From the NCBI RefSeq assembly GCF_009914755.1, contig NC_060926.1: DNA of 64,000 nucleotides; one strand, written 5' to 3'. The notes below the pieces were generated by a model. It ran no database searches. It saw nothing but the letters and a program-made list of their open reading frames with translations, and was not told the DNA's origin. This document shows positions 44,856 to 58,642 of this stretch, piece after piece. The DNA is from the human T2T-CHM13v2.0 reference genome, Homo sapiens. The position numbers were made by a program, and so were the translations under genes. Position 1 is the stretch's first letter. The number at the start of each line of letters is the position of its first letter.

Positions 44856-44873
44856 TCCTCATAGGGGCCACCA
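44856..44873 (-). promoter_or_regulatory. Retroviral primer-binding site, tRNA-Ile-like
   Basis: Minus strand reads TGGTGGCCCCTATGAGGA; the tRNA-Ile(AAU) complement is TGGTGGCCCGTACGGGGA (15/18). Starts 4 nt after the LTR end. Confidence 0.75.
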
Positions 44874-44877
44874 AAAT

Positions 44878-45495
44878 TGTAACTGAAATGCAGTTCAGTC
44901 ACTCGCCACTTGCAGAGTCCAATTAACAAGAGCGAGGTCTGGAATAAAGAAAGTGACTTTATTCCAAAGCTTAGCTTAGGGGAAAAGGTACAGGCTCCTG
45001 CCTTTAAAGATAACCACTTCAGTTCCTGGGCAAAAAGCAGGGGCTTTTAAAGGGGTACTTGGCATGAATGCCATGCAGAGGAGGGAGCAAGCAAGTGCAG
45101 GGTCTGCATGACTTGCCTTGGTGCCTTACCTACCAGGTGGTCGAGCTGGCACCGTCACGGGCAGAGCTAGGTTGTAAAGTGAGCATTGCTTCAAGATACT
45201 CTCCAGTTGGGAGAGAGTTCCCTCTCAGTCACACTTTAGGATGTAAATTGACTGTTGTCTCTAGAGGCAGTCTCCTGGTGGGAAAGTTCTGGATCTGGAG
45301 CTTCTAAGTCAGCACATGGATAAGCTTGCTGTGTAGGGAGTGTCTGGTGAAGGGAAGGTAAAGGTTATTGCATTTCTAAAGAGCTAAGTAGGAAATGGGG
45401 AACTAGGGAAAAGGAGGAAAGAGGAAAGAAAAAAATAAATTTTTTTAAAAAACCTCATTCTCTTTCGCTTAGAAAAATGGGGATACTGCGTTACA
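44878..45495 (-). mobile_element. ERV1-class 5' LTR (618 bp), antisense to TTC7A
   Basis: TGTAAC...GTTACA inverted termini. Minus-strand AATAAA at 44958-44963, about 80 nt from the 3' end. Followed after a 4-nt spacer by a PBS. Confidence 0.88.
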
Positions 45496-45541
45496 GAGGA
45501 GGGGTCAGGAGTGGCTTCCCCGGGTAGTTGGGCTGGGGTGA

Positions 45542-45904
<363 letters not shown>

Positions 45905-46505
45905 TAACACCGTGGTAGGAGCTGCTCTCTATTGAGCACCTATGTCTATGGATCCCACTAAACCCATAGGTCACCTGTGTGCTAATTAGAAGAAGTCACC
46001 TTCTCTGTCCCCCAAAGACACTCTACTTCATAGTTGGAAAACTCATTATAGTATACTGATTCCACTAGAATGAGACTCTTTACTGGAAAATAGTTTGATA
46101 AATGAGTCCATGCCATCCGCTAGGATGTTTAATAGATGAGCTTTAGGAGATTGAATCATTTGCTCACCATTTCTTTCCCTGGCAGGGGTGGAGTCTGCCT
46201 GGGTCTTGCAGTTGGACATCCTTCCCTGCTCTCGGTGTCCCAGAAGCTCCTCCCTGGATCCTGTGAGGAAGCAGGATCTTGGGACTCCTTCTCCGAGCCT
46301 TTCAGAGGCTGGTAAAAGAGTTGGTCGGCAGGGCTCTGGCAGTTTTCAGATCCCCCTCCCTCCCCACTCCCTGTGGTGGGTCTGGGTTAACTGTCTGCAG
46401 GGTATCAAGTACAGGTGGTAGCAGCGTTTGCGATAAGTATCCCAGCCCTCCCCCTTCTGGGAGGCTCTGGTTTATTTTTATGTATTTTTTTACTTTTATT
46501 TTTAA

Positions 46506-46859
<354 letters not shown>

Positions 46860-47399
46860 TGAGGGGCCCTTGGTTCAATGCTAAGGGGACAGGCAACTAT
46901 ATTCAACAGAGATCCTGCTAGCCCTTCTTGAGTGCCTGCTTTTGTGTCAGACACAGCTCCAAGCACTTTACATTCATTCTATAATTTAACCCTCACACTG
47001 ACTGGATGAAATCGGTCCTGTTGTCATTCCCATTTTACAAGTAAGAAAACAAATTTGAAGAAGAGTTAGCTTCCCAGAGTTTACCTCATTAATAAGTGCT
47101 ATTGGCAGGATTTGAACCCAGGGAGTGTGGCTGTGAATGCTCGTGGGGAAGATATTGGGGATGATGCTCAGGTATTCTGTGGAAAAGATAATTTAACATG
47201 TTAGATGGAAGGTTCTAGAGCAGCATAGATTAGGATTGGTGCCCTGAAGGAGGAGGTGGTCATGGGCCGAGAGACTAAGAGCCCAGGAGACACTTGCACC
47301 TCGCCTTCCTTGGCAGATGCCAAAATGTCAGTCCAGTACCCGTTTTTGTGATGGGCCATTTTGGAAGAGTCCACCCCAGGCCAGGTCATTTCCCCTAGA

Positions 47400-47630
47400 G
47401 CAGGATTCTCAACCTCAATGCTGTTGACATTTGGGGCTGGAGAATTCTTTGTTGTTGGTGAGGGCGGGGGGCTGCCGTGTATATTATAGGATGTTCAGCA
47501 GCATGCCTAGACTCTCCCCACTATGCCAGTAGCACTATCCCCCTTGTTGTGACAACCAAAAATGTCTTCAGTTACTGGCAACTGTCCCCTGAGGGCAAAG
47601 TCACCCCCCTGCTGACAGCCACTGCTCTAG
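47400..47630. mobile_element. MER20 DNA transposon
   Basis: ttctcaacctcaatgctgttgacatttggggc...gtgacaaccaaaaatgtcttcag...agccactgctcta. Confidence 0.8.
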
Positions 47631-49580
47631 AAGATGTCTGCTTGATTGGACTTTAGGAGGAAAGGAGAAATGACCGATGGGCTCAGCAAATATAGGACTT
47701 GAGTGCCCATTCTTTGGCAGAGGCCACTTAAAGGCTCAGCATGGTTGAGTTGACCTCCACCAAGGGGGAATGGGTCACTGCTAGACAGTAGTAGTGTTTT
47801 AGGAGCTTTTCATATTTGCATTGCATGTGGTTGGGAGGAAACTTTCATGGAAAAGATAAAGTCTGCTGCTCAGCTGGAAGCCTAGGCTTTGGACTTTCAA
47901 AAGGGGATTAAGGCGATGAGCTATAATGCCAGGCACTGTACTGTCCCTGTCAAAGGTCTGATGATGATGTCCAGGGCTGGAATCAGTGCCTGGTAGCAGT
48001 GGGCAGACAAATGGGACCCTATAGTTGTTATCTAAGTTGAGGGAGGGCAGGCCACAGAATCTTGTGCATCCTCAGAAATACTGTGTGTCCCTCCTGAGAC
48101 CCAGTCCTGACCTCTGAGGAACTAAGACCTTCTCTTAAATCTCCTCTGGATTCTGAAAGAGGAGGTGGATGCCTCATTGATTTTTTTTCCCCTCAGATTA
48201 GACAAAGGAAATGGTATACAGAAGGCAAGCCTGTCTGGTTGGGCAGGAGGACCCTGTTAGAGCTGAGGCTTTTAAGCAACAGCTCAGTTAATGAGGTAAT
48301 TGTTCCTCAGCTTTTCCTGGAACCAGAGGGCTCTCAATTCTCTGGATGTTCTGACGTTCCATGCTTGTTTGAGAGGGACAGTACGGTGCCTGGCATATAG
48401 CAGGCACTTAGATGTTTGTGGAATGAATTAACTGATACATAGTAGAAATAGCTTGGAATCCATACCTGGCTAGGCTTGAGTTTGAGGTCCGGACTGACAC
48501 CAGCTTTGTGATCTTAGGCATTAAATTATTATTGATGGATTGATTGGGACAGAGCCTCACTCTTTTGCCCAGGCTGGTCTGGAACTCCTGGCCTCAAGCG
48601 ATTCTCTTGCCTCGGCCTCCCAAAGTGCTAGGATTATAAACGTGAGCCACCACATCTGTAATTGACACTTTTGACCTTAGACATTTTCTGAGCCTCAGTT
48701 TCCTCATCTATAAAATGCAAACAAAACCAGCCCTGTAGGACCGTTGTGAGGCATAAGTAAGATTTGGGCTTGGGTGGCAATTTTCTAAGAGTTTCATTTC
48801 CCCTTCTCTTTCCTTAACTGGAGGTGGGGCATGGACAGTAGTGAGACTCAGGAGACACAGCTCCTGTCCTGTGGGAGTGAAGTCTGGTGGGAGCTGAGGT
48901 TTGCATACACAGAACAGGGAAGCAGTGCTGCGTGAAGCGGTCTCTCTACCATGTGCTCAGGCAGTGAGTGCTGTCTGGTTGAAGAGTGAGTGCTCAGCAT
49001 GGTTCTGGACAGACAGAGAAGTCCTCCTGCAGTAGAGGGTAAGAGTGGAGAGGGGAACCTGACTGCCTGGCTCCGCCACCACCTGCCACGTTAGTGGCCT
49101 TGGGGCAGGAAGAGACCCTCTCTGTTCTCACCGGTGAAATAGAAATGATGACAGTTCCTACCTAATAGAGCTGCTCTAAGGACTAAATGAGCTAATGAAT
49201 TTAAAGCTCTGTGATTGTTGAATGAATGTTAGGGGCTTAGTGCAGTGGTTCATGCCTGTAATCCCACCACTTTGGGAGGCTGAGGTGGGAGGATTGCTTA
49301 AGCCCAGGAGTTTGAGATCAGCCTGGGCAACATAGTAAGACCCTGTTTCTTAAAAAAAAAAAAAGACAGAGGGCTTGTGGGCATCTAACGGTTGGATGGG
49401 GAGAGAATGCTTTAGACATATTTTGAGTTAAAGCGAGTTAGATCAAGCCTGGTCTGAGAATGCAACAATGTGCCCCTGAACAACTGGGACTGGGATGGTG
49501 ATGAGGCCACCTCCTCTTGCTGAGTGACCCTCTGCCTCAGAACTTTGAGACAATGGCTCTCTCTCTGTTTCCCTTCCCAG

Positions 49581-49696
49581 ACCACAAATAACAGCACGTC
49601 GAGGCATCTGAAAGGCTGTCACCCGCTTGACTATGAGCTCACCTACTTCCTGGAAGCTGCCCTCCAGAGCGCCTATGTGAAAAACCTGAAGAAGGG
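49581..49696 (+). CDS. TTC7A: TTC7A exon 5 (116 nt, [39 protein letters not shown])
   Basis: Long pyrimidine tract ctctctctctgtttcccttcccag| and donor GG|gtaggt. Not in the ORF track; read by hand and in frame with exon 4. Confidence 0.96.
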
Positions 49697-50949
49697 GTAG
49701 GTCACTGGTAGTTGAGTGAGTGGGAGAACGATTCCCCTGGGCTGAGGCTTTTGACGTGGCCTTAAGGCTGCTCTCCCTCTTCTCTGGCCTGTGCATACGT
49801 GCTCTTCCAAGAGGATTGGTGGGAACTGGCTTGTGTCACATCTTGTCAGACAGGAGTGTGCAGAGACGTTCTTAGTGGGAAGGGCCACGCTTCAGGAAGC
49901 CACAGAAGCAATAAAGCCTGTGTGTGCTTGGGGGAGACTGCCAAGAAGAGAAACAGGAGTGGGCATTTCAAGAGGGGAGGGTGGAGGGCATCTGGGAGGT
50001 GATGTTGAAAAAGCAAAGGACAGTGAGCTGGCCAGTGGGTCTGGTTTTGTCTACTGTTGTCTGCAGTGTGAATGAAGTTATTTGGTTCCTCTGAGCCTCA
50101 CGTTCCCCAAAAACCCAATGGGAAGGCAGATTCCTGTTCATTCCGGCTTTTAAGGAGTGGTGAAGGACGAGGGAAAGTATGGTAGAAGTGAAGTTCTGGC
50201 GTCACGCTGGGGCTGTGGCTGTCCCTGCTGACGAAGCAGCAGAAGTGCTTGTTTTCCTGTGGGTTGTCTTGAGGTCCCTGGAATACTGGCCTATCTGAGA
50301 CCTAAGAACCATAGTGCCTGGAATGCCTTCCGTAGGCTTTTGCTCCTGGGTGAAGCAAGACCTGCCTTGTTGAATAGTCGAGGGGGTGGCTGGTGTTAGG
50401 CCGGGAGTGGTTGTTTCATGGGGTGTGTTGGGTGGTGGCAGGGGAAGGAGAAGATTCAAGATGAGGAGTGCGTATTGGCAGCAAGTGTCGCTTCATGGCT
50501 ATTCCGCAACTGGTCCGGTCTGCTGGCAACATCTCCACCAGTCTGGGGACTCCCAGGCGGGAGCTGAGGTTTCCTGCCTGTCTCTGCAGCAGAGGCTTTG
50601 GGCCCCTTCCTCTGCGTCATTACAACCTTAGACAGACACAGTGGGCTGGGGCTGGAGGACATCACTGACGAGAGGAGCAGACCCATAGGTGCCAAGCGCA
50701 GCCGTCCCCCGTGCGTAGTCACGCCCTGCCTCACTCAGCCTTCCATGGCCATGGGTCAGGCCCAGTAGGTGTGACCACCTCCTCACACACAAGGAAACCA
50801 AGGTCAGGGTCACACAGCTTTCTTGTCACTGACTGCCTGGAGTTCTCTGAGGCCTGTGTGCCATTTTTAGTGTGATTTATTTTGTTACATTTCACTTTAT
50901 GCATTCTTTTCATTACATGCTTTTGAATACATGATTGTTGCATATGGTA

Positions 50950-51915
50950 CTTGTTTAGTAGGATAAAGCAAACTTACTGTTTTCTTCTACCCTATACTCT
51001 CTCTCTTTTTTTTTTTTTTTTTTTTTAAAGACAGATCTTACTCTGACATCCAGGCTGGAGTGCAATGGTGTGATCATGGCTCACTGTACCTCCTGCGTTC
51101 TGGGCTCAGGTGATCCTCCCACCTCAGCCTCCTGAGTAGCTGGGACAACAGGCATGCACCATCACACCTGGCTAATTTTTTGTAGAGAGGGAGTTGCATT
51201 TTGTTGCCCAGGCTGGTCTCAAACTCTTGGACTCAAGTGATCCTCCCGCTTCAGCCTTCTAAAGTGCTGGGATTACAGGCGTGAGCCACTGTGCCTGGCC
51301 CTACTTTATACTCAATACAACACAGGTCATTTCTGTGACCAAATGTGGGGTTTTTTCCGCGACTCACAACCAGTTCTCTGACACCAGCTGGGTTTCCAAC
51401 AATTAAATTCACCTCTGATGCTAACCGTCAGGCTTGATCTGGGCCCTGGCTGGGGCAGGGGAAATGGAAGGAGTCTGGGAGGGGCACAGAGGCTCAGTCC
51501 CATGAAAGACTGCCTTCCATAGCAGATACCAGTCACAAATAGCAGGTTCCCAGGTTACCAACAACTTCTGTCTCAACTGGCTACAAATCAGGTTCCCACA
51601 ACCTCTTCTCAGATCCATAAGTTGCCAGAGCAGCTCATGGAACCCAGGAGAGCAGTTTACTTGCTAGATGACTGGTGTGCAGTACCACGTAAAATGGTAC
51701 AGCCTAGCCAGGTGGAAGAGGCGCATAGGGCTAGGTATGCGGAAGGCATGCGGAGCGTCCAGGGCCCCTCTGGGTGCACCACTGCCACGTGTCCAGCAAC
51801 CTGGAAGCTCTCCAAGCCCATGCTTTTGGGTTTTTATGGCTGCTCCATTACGTAGGCATGATGTATTATATCATTGGCCACTGGTGATCAGCTCAACCTT
51901 CAGCCCCTCTCTGGC
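50950..51915. mobile_element. MER21-like LTR, interrupted by an Alu (51007-51300)
   Basis: Motifs ttctgtgaccaaatgtgggg, gacaccagctggg, ggctcagtccca..agactgcc and ggctacaaatcaggttccca resemble the MER21 family. Confidence 0.7.
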
Positions 51916-53472
51916 CCTTGACAGAAAAAATTTGCTGATCCCCCCCGCCACTTTAAATAATTACTTTAAACATTTTGATACATCTTTCGTGTTTTTCTAT
52001 GTGTAGATACACAGATGTATTTTTTTTTTTTAACAACCACAACAAAATAGTATCCTAGAGGACACACTGCTTGTAGCTTGCTCTTTCCACCCAGGCTTGG
52101 CTGTGAGCCTCTTTCCTTCCTGCTTATCTCCCTTCCCCACAAAGTTGCTCGATGTGGGGGTCGAGGAGGAGGTGAGCTCAGAGCTATGTGGGGCTGGGCA
52201 CATAGTGGACTGTGGCAGGTCAGGCTTGATCTGGGCTTTGGTGGGGGCAGGCGAAATGGGAGGAGTCTGGGAGGGGCAGAGAGGGTGGGATGAGGCTGAG
52301 GATTGTAGGACAGTAGGAATCTGCAGGAGAGGGTCCATGGCCAAATAAGTTTGGGAAACAATGGATTGAAGACCTCTGAGACTCTCTAGAACCGGAGCCT
52401 GAAGTGGGTCATGAATCTCCAGGAGGCGGCAAAGGCCCATGAAGCTGCTGACTGTTCGATGTGGTGCCCTTGTATGGAGTGGGTCTCCAGGTGCTCTGGG
52501 ACTGCCAGGGGAGCATTCTGACCAAAGCACACCGTTCTGGCCCAGGCAGCTTTTCCATCTAGCAGGTATCCCTGCCCAATGGAGCTGCTTATCAGTAACC
52601 TTGAGCTTGAGTTCTCAATTGCCTGGAAGAGAAGGAGGTGGAGTTGTTTGTCCAGAATGTGGAACAGGCTGTGGTGAGGTCACTTCCAGGAGGCAGTGGC
52701 TGTGATGACTGCAACAGGCAGGTGGACCTGGGCCTTGGGGAGGCAGTCCTGCCCCAGCAGGACCCTTGACCCAGGGGAGGCCTGTGCCCTTTTCTCTTTC
52801 TCTCCACCCTGCCCTTGCGGTTGTGGGGACAGGCACGCACGAGTCCCTATCTTCCAAATGGAAAGAATAGGGTGGAAGGAGCTGGGAGCAGTGGCTCACA
52901 TCTGTAATCCGAGCACTTTGGGAGGCTGAGGTGGGAGGATCGCTTGAGTCCAGGAGTTTGAGGCCAGCCTGGGCAACATAGGGAGACTTTGTCTCTACAA
53001 AAAATAAACAAAACTGGCCAGGCTTAGTGGCATGCACCTGTAGTCTCAGCTACTTGGGAGGCTGAGGTGGGAGGATCATCTGAGCCTGGCAGGCGGAGGT
53101 TTCTGTGAGCTGTGATTGTGCCACTGCACTACAGCCTGAGCAGCAGAGTGAGACCCTCTGTCAAGAAAAAAAAAAAAGAATAGGTTGGAAGGGCCCCTAC
53201 TGGGAAACAGGCTGCCTCCCTTTCTCTCCTCATGCCTGGCAGACAGGAGAGTGAGAACCACAGCTGTGAAGTCAGCACACCTGGGAGCCAATCCCAGCTC
53301 TTATGACAAGCCTGTGTGTGCATGGGCAAGTCCCTTGAGCTCTCTGAACCTCTGCTTTCCTTATCTGTAAGCTGGTGGTAAGGACCGTGCCTGCCTTCTC
53401 ATAGCATTGTTGTGGGGATCAAATTATATGTGAACACCCACCCACCCATCCACCAGGGTGCCTGATAGATCA

Positions 53473-53583
<111 letters not shown>

Positions 53584-53586
53584 CTA

Positions 53587-53917
<331 letters not shown>

Positions 53918-54434
53918 TCAAGTGGTAGGCCAGGGAGGTGGTGGTGTCTCTGTTTGGAATATGTGGATGTGGAGGCTGGGAGACCCGAGGCAGTTCACCT
54001 GCAAGGGTAGGGCCTGCCATGGAGTCCTGGGCTGCTTGGACCACTTGTGCCAGAGATGGGGCTGAGGACGGCCCGGGGCACTGAGAAGCACAGCTGCCTC
54101 GCTCCACCTCCACCATCTGCTTTTTTGATCCTTTTTCGGTTGCTGAGCTTTGGTTTCAGAGAAACGGTGGCCTGGAGGGCTGGTTCCTGTTTTCATGGCC
54201 CGGCAGTTGAAGCTGGAGATCACCACTCCCCCACGGCTGCTGCTTGGAGCGCCCTTGTCTCCCTCTGCCAGTTGTGAGCTCCCAGGGATGAGTCTGGGGG
54301 ACCCAAAGAGAGGCCGTCCTCAGCTGTGCCTGCAGAGCTCTGTCTGCAGAGATTTGGGAGGAGCAGGGGTCACCACTTTAACTCCTCAGTGACTTATGAA
54401 GCCCGGCACGGACCTGGGGCAGTTGTGCCTGTAA

Positions 54435-54620
54435 GGCAGGGGTGGCCTGCCGCCACTTTTCTTGTAAATAAACTTCTGTTAGAACACAGCCATGCCCCTT
54501 CATTTGCATATAATCTCACCACAGACTGGAGTAGCTGCATTTGGGACCTTATGGGAAAGTCTGTAAAATTTGCTGTCTTTATTTGCCCTTTAGAGAAAAC
54601 AGTTTGCTGACCCCTGCACT
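54435..54620. mobile_element. MER58-like DNA transposon
   Basis: ttgtaaataaacttctgttagaacacagccatgcc...gaaaacagtttgctgacccctg. Confidence 0.7.
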
Positions 54621-56659
54621 ACAGAGGTTAAGGAGTCCTCCCTCCCTCCCAAGGACCTGTATAGGCACGAAGGCCAGAGGAGCTGTTCTTATCTATGAAA
54701 GCTTCCTGGAGTGGATTTCGTGGGGAGGGGACAGTTCTAATTTCAATACTCTGTCTCCTTTATTCATCCATTTCAGGGATATTTCTTAGGATAATGCATG
54801 CCACTTAGGAAGGGCTAAATTCACACCAGGCACTTGCATGTCTGTTAGTCCTCCCAGTATTCCCTGAGGGAAGCACCATATTTAGCATCCCTGCTTCACA
54901 GATGGGAAATCGAGGCACGGGGAACAAAAATGACTTGTCCTTGGTAGAGCCAGGATTCTGTGCACAGGGCCCGGCTGACTTTCTTAGCTGGCGGTCTTAT
55001 CTGATAGGCTACACTGCCCACAGCAGGAATCCTGTTACTGAGCTGAGCCCCTGGGGATGCTCACGCCCTGCAGGTGCTGTGTCCCAGCTTCTGGTTTGAA
55101 AACTTTGGTGGGTGCCCTCACCATCTGGAGGAAGTAAGGGTGAGGCCCTGGGGTTGGAGGCCACTCTGTGGCCCTGAACAGGTTCCCCCTCTGCCCCTCT
55201 AGTTGGCTTTCTCCCCTCTAAGATGGGGCTTCTGTTTGTCCATGTCCCAGAGGGTGTGAGGGTCCAATGAGAGGGAAGGAATGCAAAACACCTGGAGTAT
55301 TTTCACAGCTGTTAACTTCCTCTCCATTGAGAGCCCCCCGACAGCCACCTCTAGGGGCTGCCTGCTCCCCTTCCCCACAACTGAATTTTCTGCAGGTATG
55401 ACTTTAATGTGAACATCAAGGACAGCCAGGAGGGAAAGAGGGAGAGAGACCAGTGGCAGTCATGCTTTGCTTCTGCTGGGGGCCTGGCTGAACCATGTGC
55501 TTGGTGTACAGTGCTCTGGGAAGGCCAGGTGACCCCATTCACTAGTGAGGGAGGCTTGGAGAGGTTGAGTCACTTGCCCGAGCTTACCCACTGTGATTCC
55601 AGCTTCGGGCCTGAGCGGCCTGGAAACTCATGCCATTTCCAAATTTTGGGGCGTGGAAGGACAGCCTGGGCAGCCCGTGGGTGTGTGGGAGAAGCCAGGG
55701 CCTAGTGACAGCGGGGAGCATAGAGCTGATGCACGGTGCGCTGACTCCCACCCCTCTGGGACCCTGAATCACCATTCTCAAAGGATGTCTCCTTGCAGGT
55801 GGTCCCACCCTCCCTAGAGCCTGCTTCCCCCTGTCTGCACTCTGTGCTGAGGCCACGCATGAGGGTTGTGGGTCAGTGGGTATGCAGTGCTGCAGTGGGT
55901 GGAGGTGTTGACTGACCGTCACCCCCCAGAAAGCCCAAGTGCTTTCAGTCACTTTCTGTTCCTGTAGCTCCACCCCCTCCCTTCCTCTTCTTTCTTCCTG
56001 AGGCACATGTTTTGGTCCTTACAGCCAGGATCCTGGCTCCACCCTGCCCCAACCTCACCACCCTGAAGAGGGGTAGAAATTGAGTCATCATTTCTTTTCA
56101 AGGAAACAGCCCAAACATTTGAAAGTCTTGAAAGTCTTGGCGTGTAAGTAGCAGTCCCAGGACACGTGGCAGTTACTCAGCCCCTGTGTCTGTTTCCTGT
56201 GGCCCATCCAGCCCAGAGGAGCTGGAGTTGCAGCCTGTGTGGCTGGACTGTAAATAATTTCTGTGCACCTTTCCTCATAATTGTGGCTAATATATGTTGA
56301 ATACTTAATACTTAACTTCATGCCAGGTAGAATGCAAATGCCTTTCTGTATAATCCTGTGATGCAGGAACTAATACAATCCCCATTTTACTGAAGAAAGG
56401 AGAGGTTAAGTAACTTGCCCAAAGTCAGAGCTCACAGGTGTAGACCCCATGAGCCTGGTGCTGAAGCTGGGTCTGTCCAGCCCATGGCACCACGCCCAGC
56501 ACAAAGCCTGCCCATGGCATGTCTACATCAGTGAGCCTGTGTAATACCACATTGTCCCTTGGTCACAGTGATATCCTCGTAGGTGAATCATCAGTTTCAG
56601 TATTTTTTTTAAATGCATTTGTTGTTAGGAAGTTAAAAAATAATATAAAGATACCTTAG

Positions 56660-56890
56660 CCCAGGGTTTCTCAGCCTCAGTACTGCTGATATTTTGAGCC
56701 AGATAACTTCATCATGGGACTCTGCTATACATTGTAGGTTTTAGCAACGTCTCTGGCTTCCACCCACTAGATGCCAGGAGCACCATCCCCCCACTCGCCC
56801 TGGCCAAGTGTGACACCTGGAAATGGCTCCAGACATTGGCACGTGTCCTGGGTGGGGGCACAGTTGCCCCCAGTGGAGAACCGCTGTCTT
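56660..56890. mobile_element. MER20 DNA transposon
   Basis: cagggtttctcagcctcagtactgctgatatttt...cacccactagatgccag...ctccagacattg...gagaaccgctg. Confidence 0.8.
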
Positions 56891-58593
56891 AGCTTAAGGT
56901 GCTAGAAGCAGAATACCTGTCAGATACTGACGTCAGCTCATCTGCATTCGGGCATCTCTGAATGGTCTGTTAAAGGGCTGTGGAGTCAGGCAGCATTTTC
57001 TGCTGGTTACATTCCATCCTGCCCTCCTAGCCTCTTGGGTTGTTTGGGAAGCAGGGAGAAACCCTTCTCGGTGTTCAGGGAGCTTACTACCCCGTGAGGG
57101 GAGTCAGGTTTAGGTGACGAAGCCCAGAGAAAGGCCCTCAGTTCCTGTCCTGGGTTGCCTCCCAGTGCCTGCTATGGGCCAGATGCCCCGCCCTCACTGC
57201 GGGGTTCGAGCTATGGCCAGGAGGAGGTCCCCTCCCCTCGTGGAGTGACCGTCCCAGAGGGGAGCCTGTGGTGGAGACGGTCAGGCAGTGCTCTGTGCTG
57301 GGGGGGAAAGAGGCAGAGAGGTGGGGGTGCTGCCTGGGGTGGGGTGGACCCTGAAGGTGTCTGAGGAGCAGTTCGCCCCAAGGGGCCAAGAGTAGAGCAG
57401 AGGTGCTGCAGTTCCTCAGAGTCCCAGGGAGAGGGAGGGATGGTGGAGCCTGCTTCCTGCCTGAGCTCATTCCCACATGGGCCTGGGTGGACCCAGCTGC
57501 CAGCGAGACTAAGGAGACCCTGCTGAGAACAGGGTGGGGCCAGATGGCCACAGGCAGTGCCCGCCCCCAGAGTCCGGCTCGTCCCTCCCATTGAGGACTT
57601 GACCTAATTTAAAGAGTGTGCTGTTGTCCACTGTGTACGGTGGGTGGCGATTGCTGGACCCCAGACGCTTTCCTTGGAGCTTCAGGAAAGCCTGGGCCTC
57701 CCTGTCTCTGGCTAAGCCTGAGACTGCTGCCCAGTTCCTCATCAGAATGTCTGAGGGATGTTAATTTCCTCCAGGAGTCTTGCCCTATTGATTCAGTAGC
57801 TGATTCCCCCAGATGGCTCTTGCCCCTTGCTCTGTGGCTGATGACAGGGTTCCTAATTGAGCTAGAACTGAAGGCACAGGCCTGAAAGGACCATCAGGAA
57901 TTGGGAGGCCCCAGTGCAAAAGAGCCCTCGGTGGGTGGGGGTGGAGGGCGTCTCTTCCCCTCACCGCCACTAGAGGGCAGCCGTGGACTCTGGTTGGAGC
58001 CTCGCCCCAGGCAGTTCGGCCACCTGGTTGCCAGAAGGGGGCACCTTTCTGACATGTTTTTTGGGGAGGCGGGCAATGGCTGCTGGGGCCAGGGTCCAGA
58101 CTATGGGGGAGGCTCCAGAAATGAGCTTGGTTCTCTTTTGCATGAAACAGCTCTAGGGGTGAAGCAGTGGGGGCCTGAAAGGGGAGGGGGACCGTGCAGT
58201 GCCAGAGAAGCTGGTTGTCCCTGTCAGTGGCTCTAACTGCACTAGGACAAGTGCCTGGGCATCTCCCAAGGACAAGAATGTGAGCGGACTCTGCTCCTTT
58301 ACCCAGAGTGGGCAAGAGCCCATTTCTCTCTGAGTTGGTTTTTCCCTTCCTTCCGCCTAGACCTGGCAGCACCTATTCTTTGCTCTGGGTCCAGAGTGAG
58401 CTTGGGCCGTGCACATTGAACCAGGTGGGCAGCAGGTTTTGTGCTTGTTCTTTTAATTTTGTTTTAATTAGTAAAGCAACATGTGCTCACTGCACCAAAA
58501 TCAAACAACAGAGAAGGGAGTGGCTGTGTTTTCTAAGGGAGTTCCCCAGGGCTTTGGCAGGTTGTTCAGGCCGGTGAAAGCACTGTCCCTTTC

Positions 58594-58596
58594 CGC

Positions 58597-58635
<39 letters not shown>

Positions 58636-58642
58636 TGTGTGT
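58594..58642. repeat. (CG)3(TG)n microsatellite
   Basis: Read directly; one TT interruption. Confidence 0.95.

Noticed and set aside
57138-58372. ORFs up to 195 aa in intron 5, considered as TTC7A exon 6 or a nested gene
   Set aside because: No match to the expected next TTC7A residues (NIVKGMRELREV...), which are absent from the window. Composition looks like random GC-rich intron.
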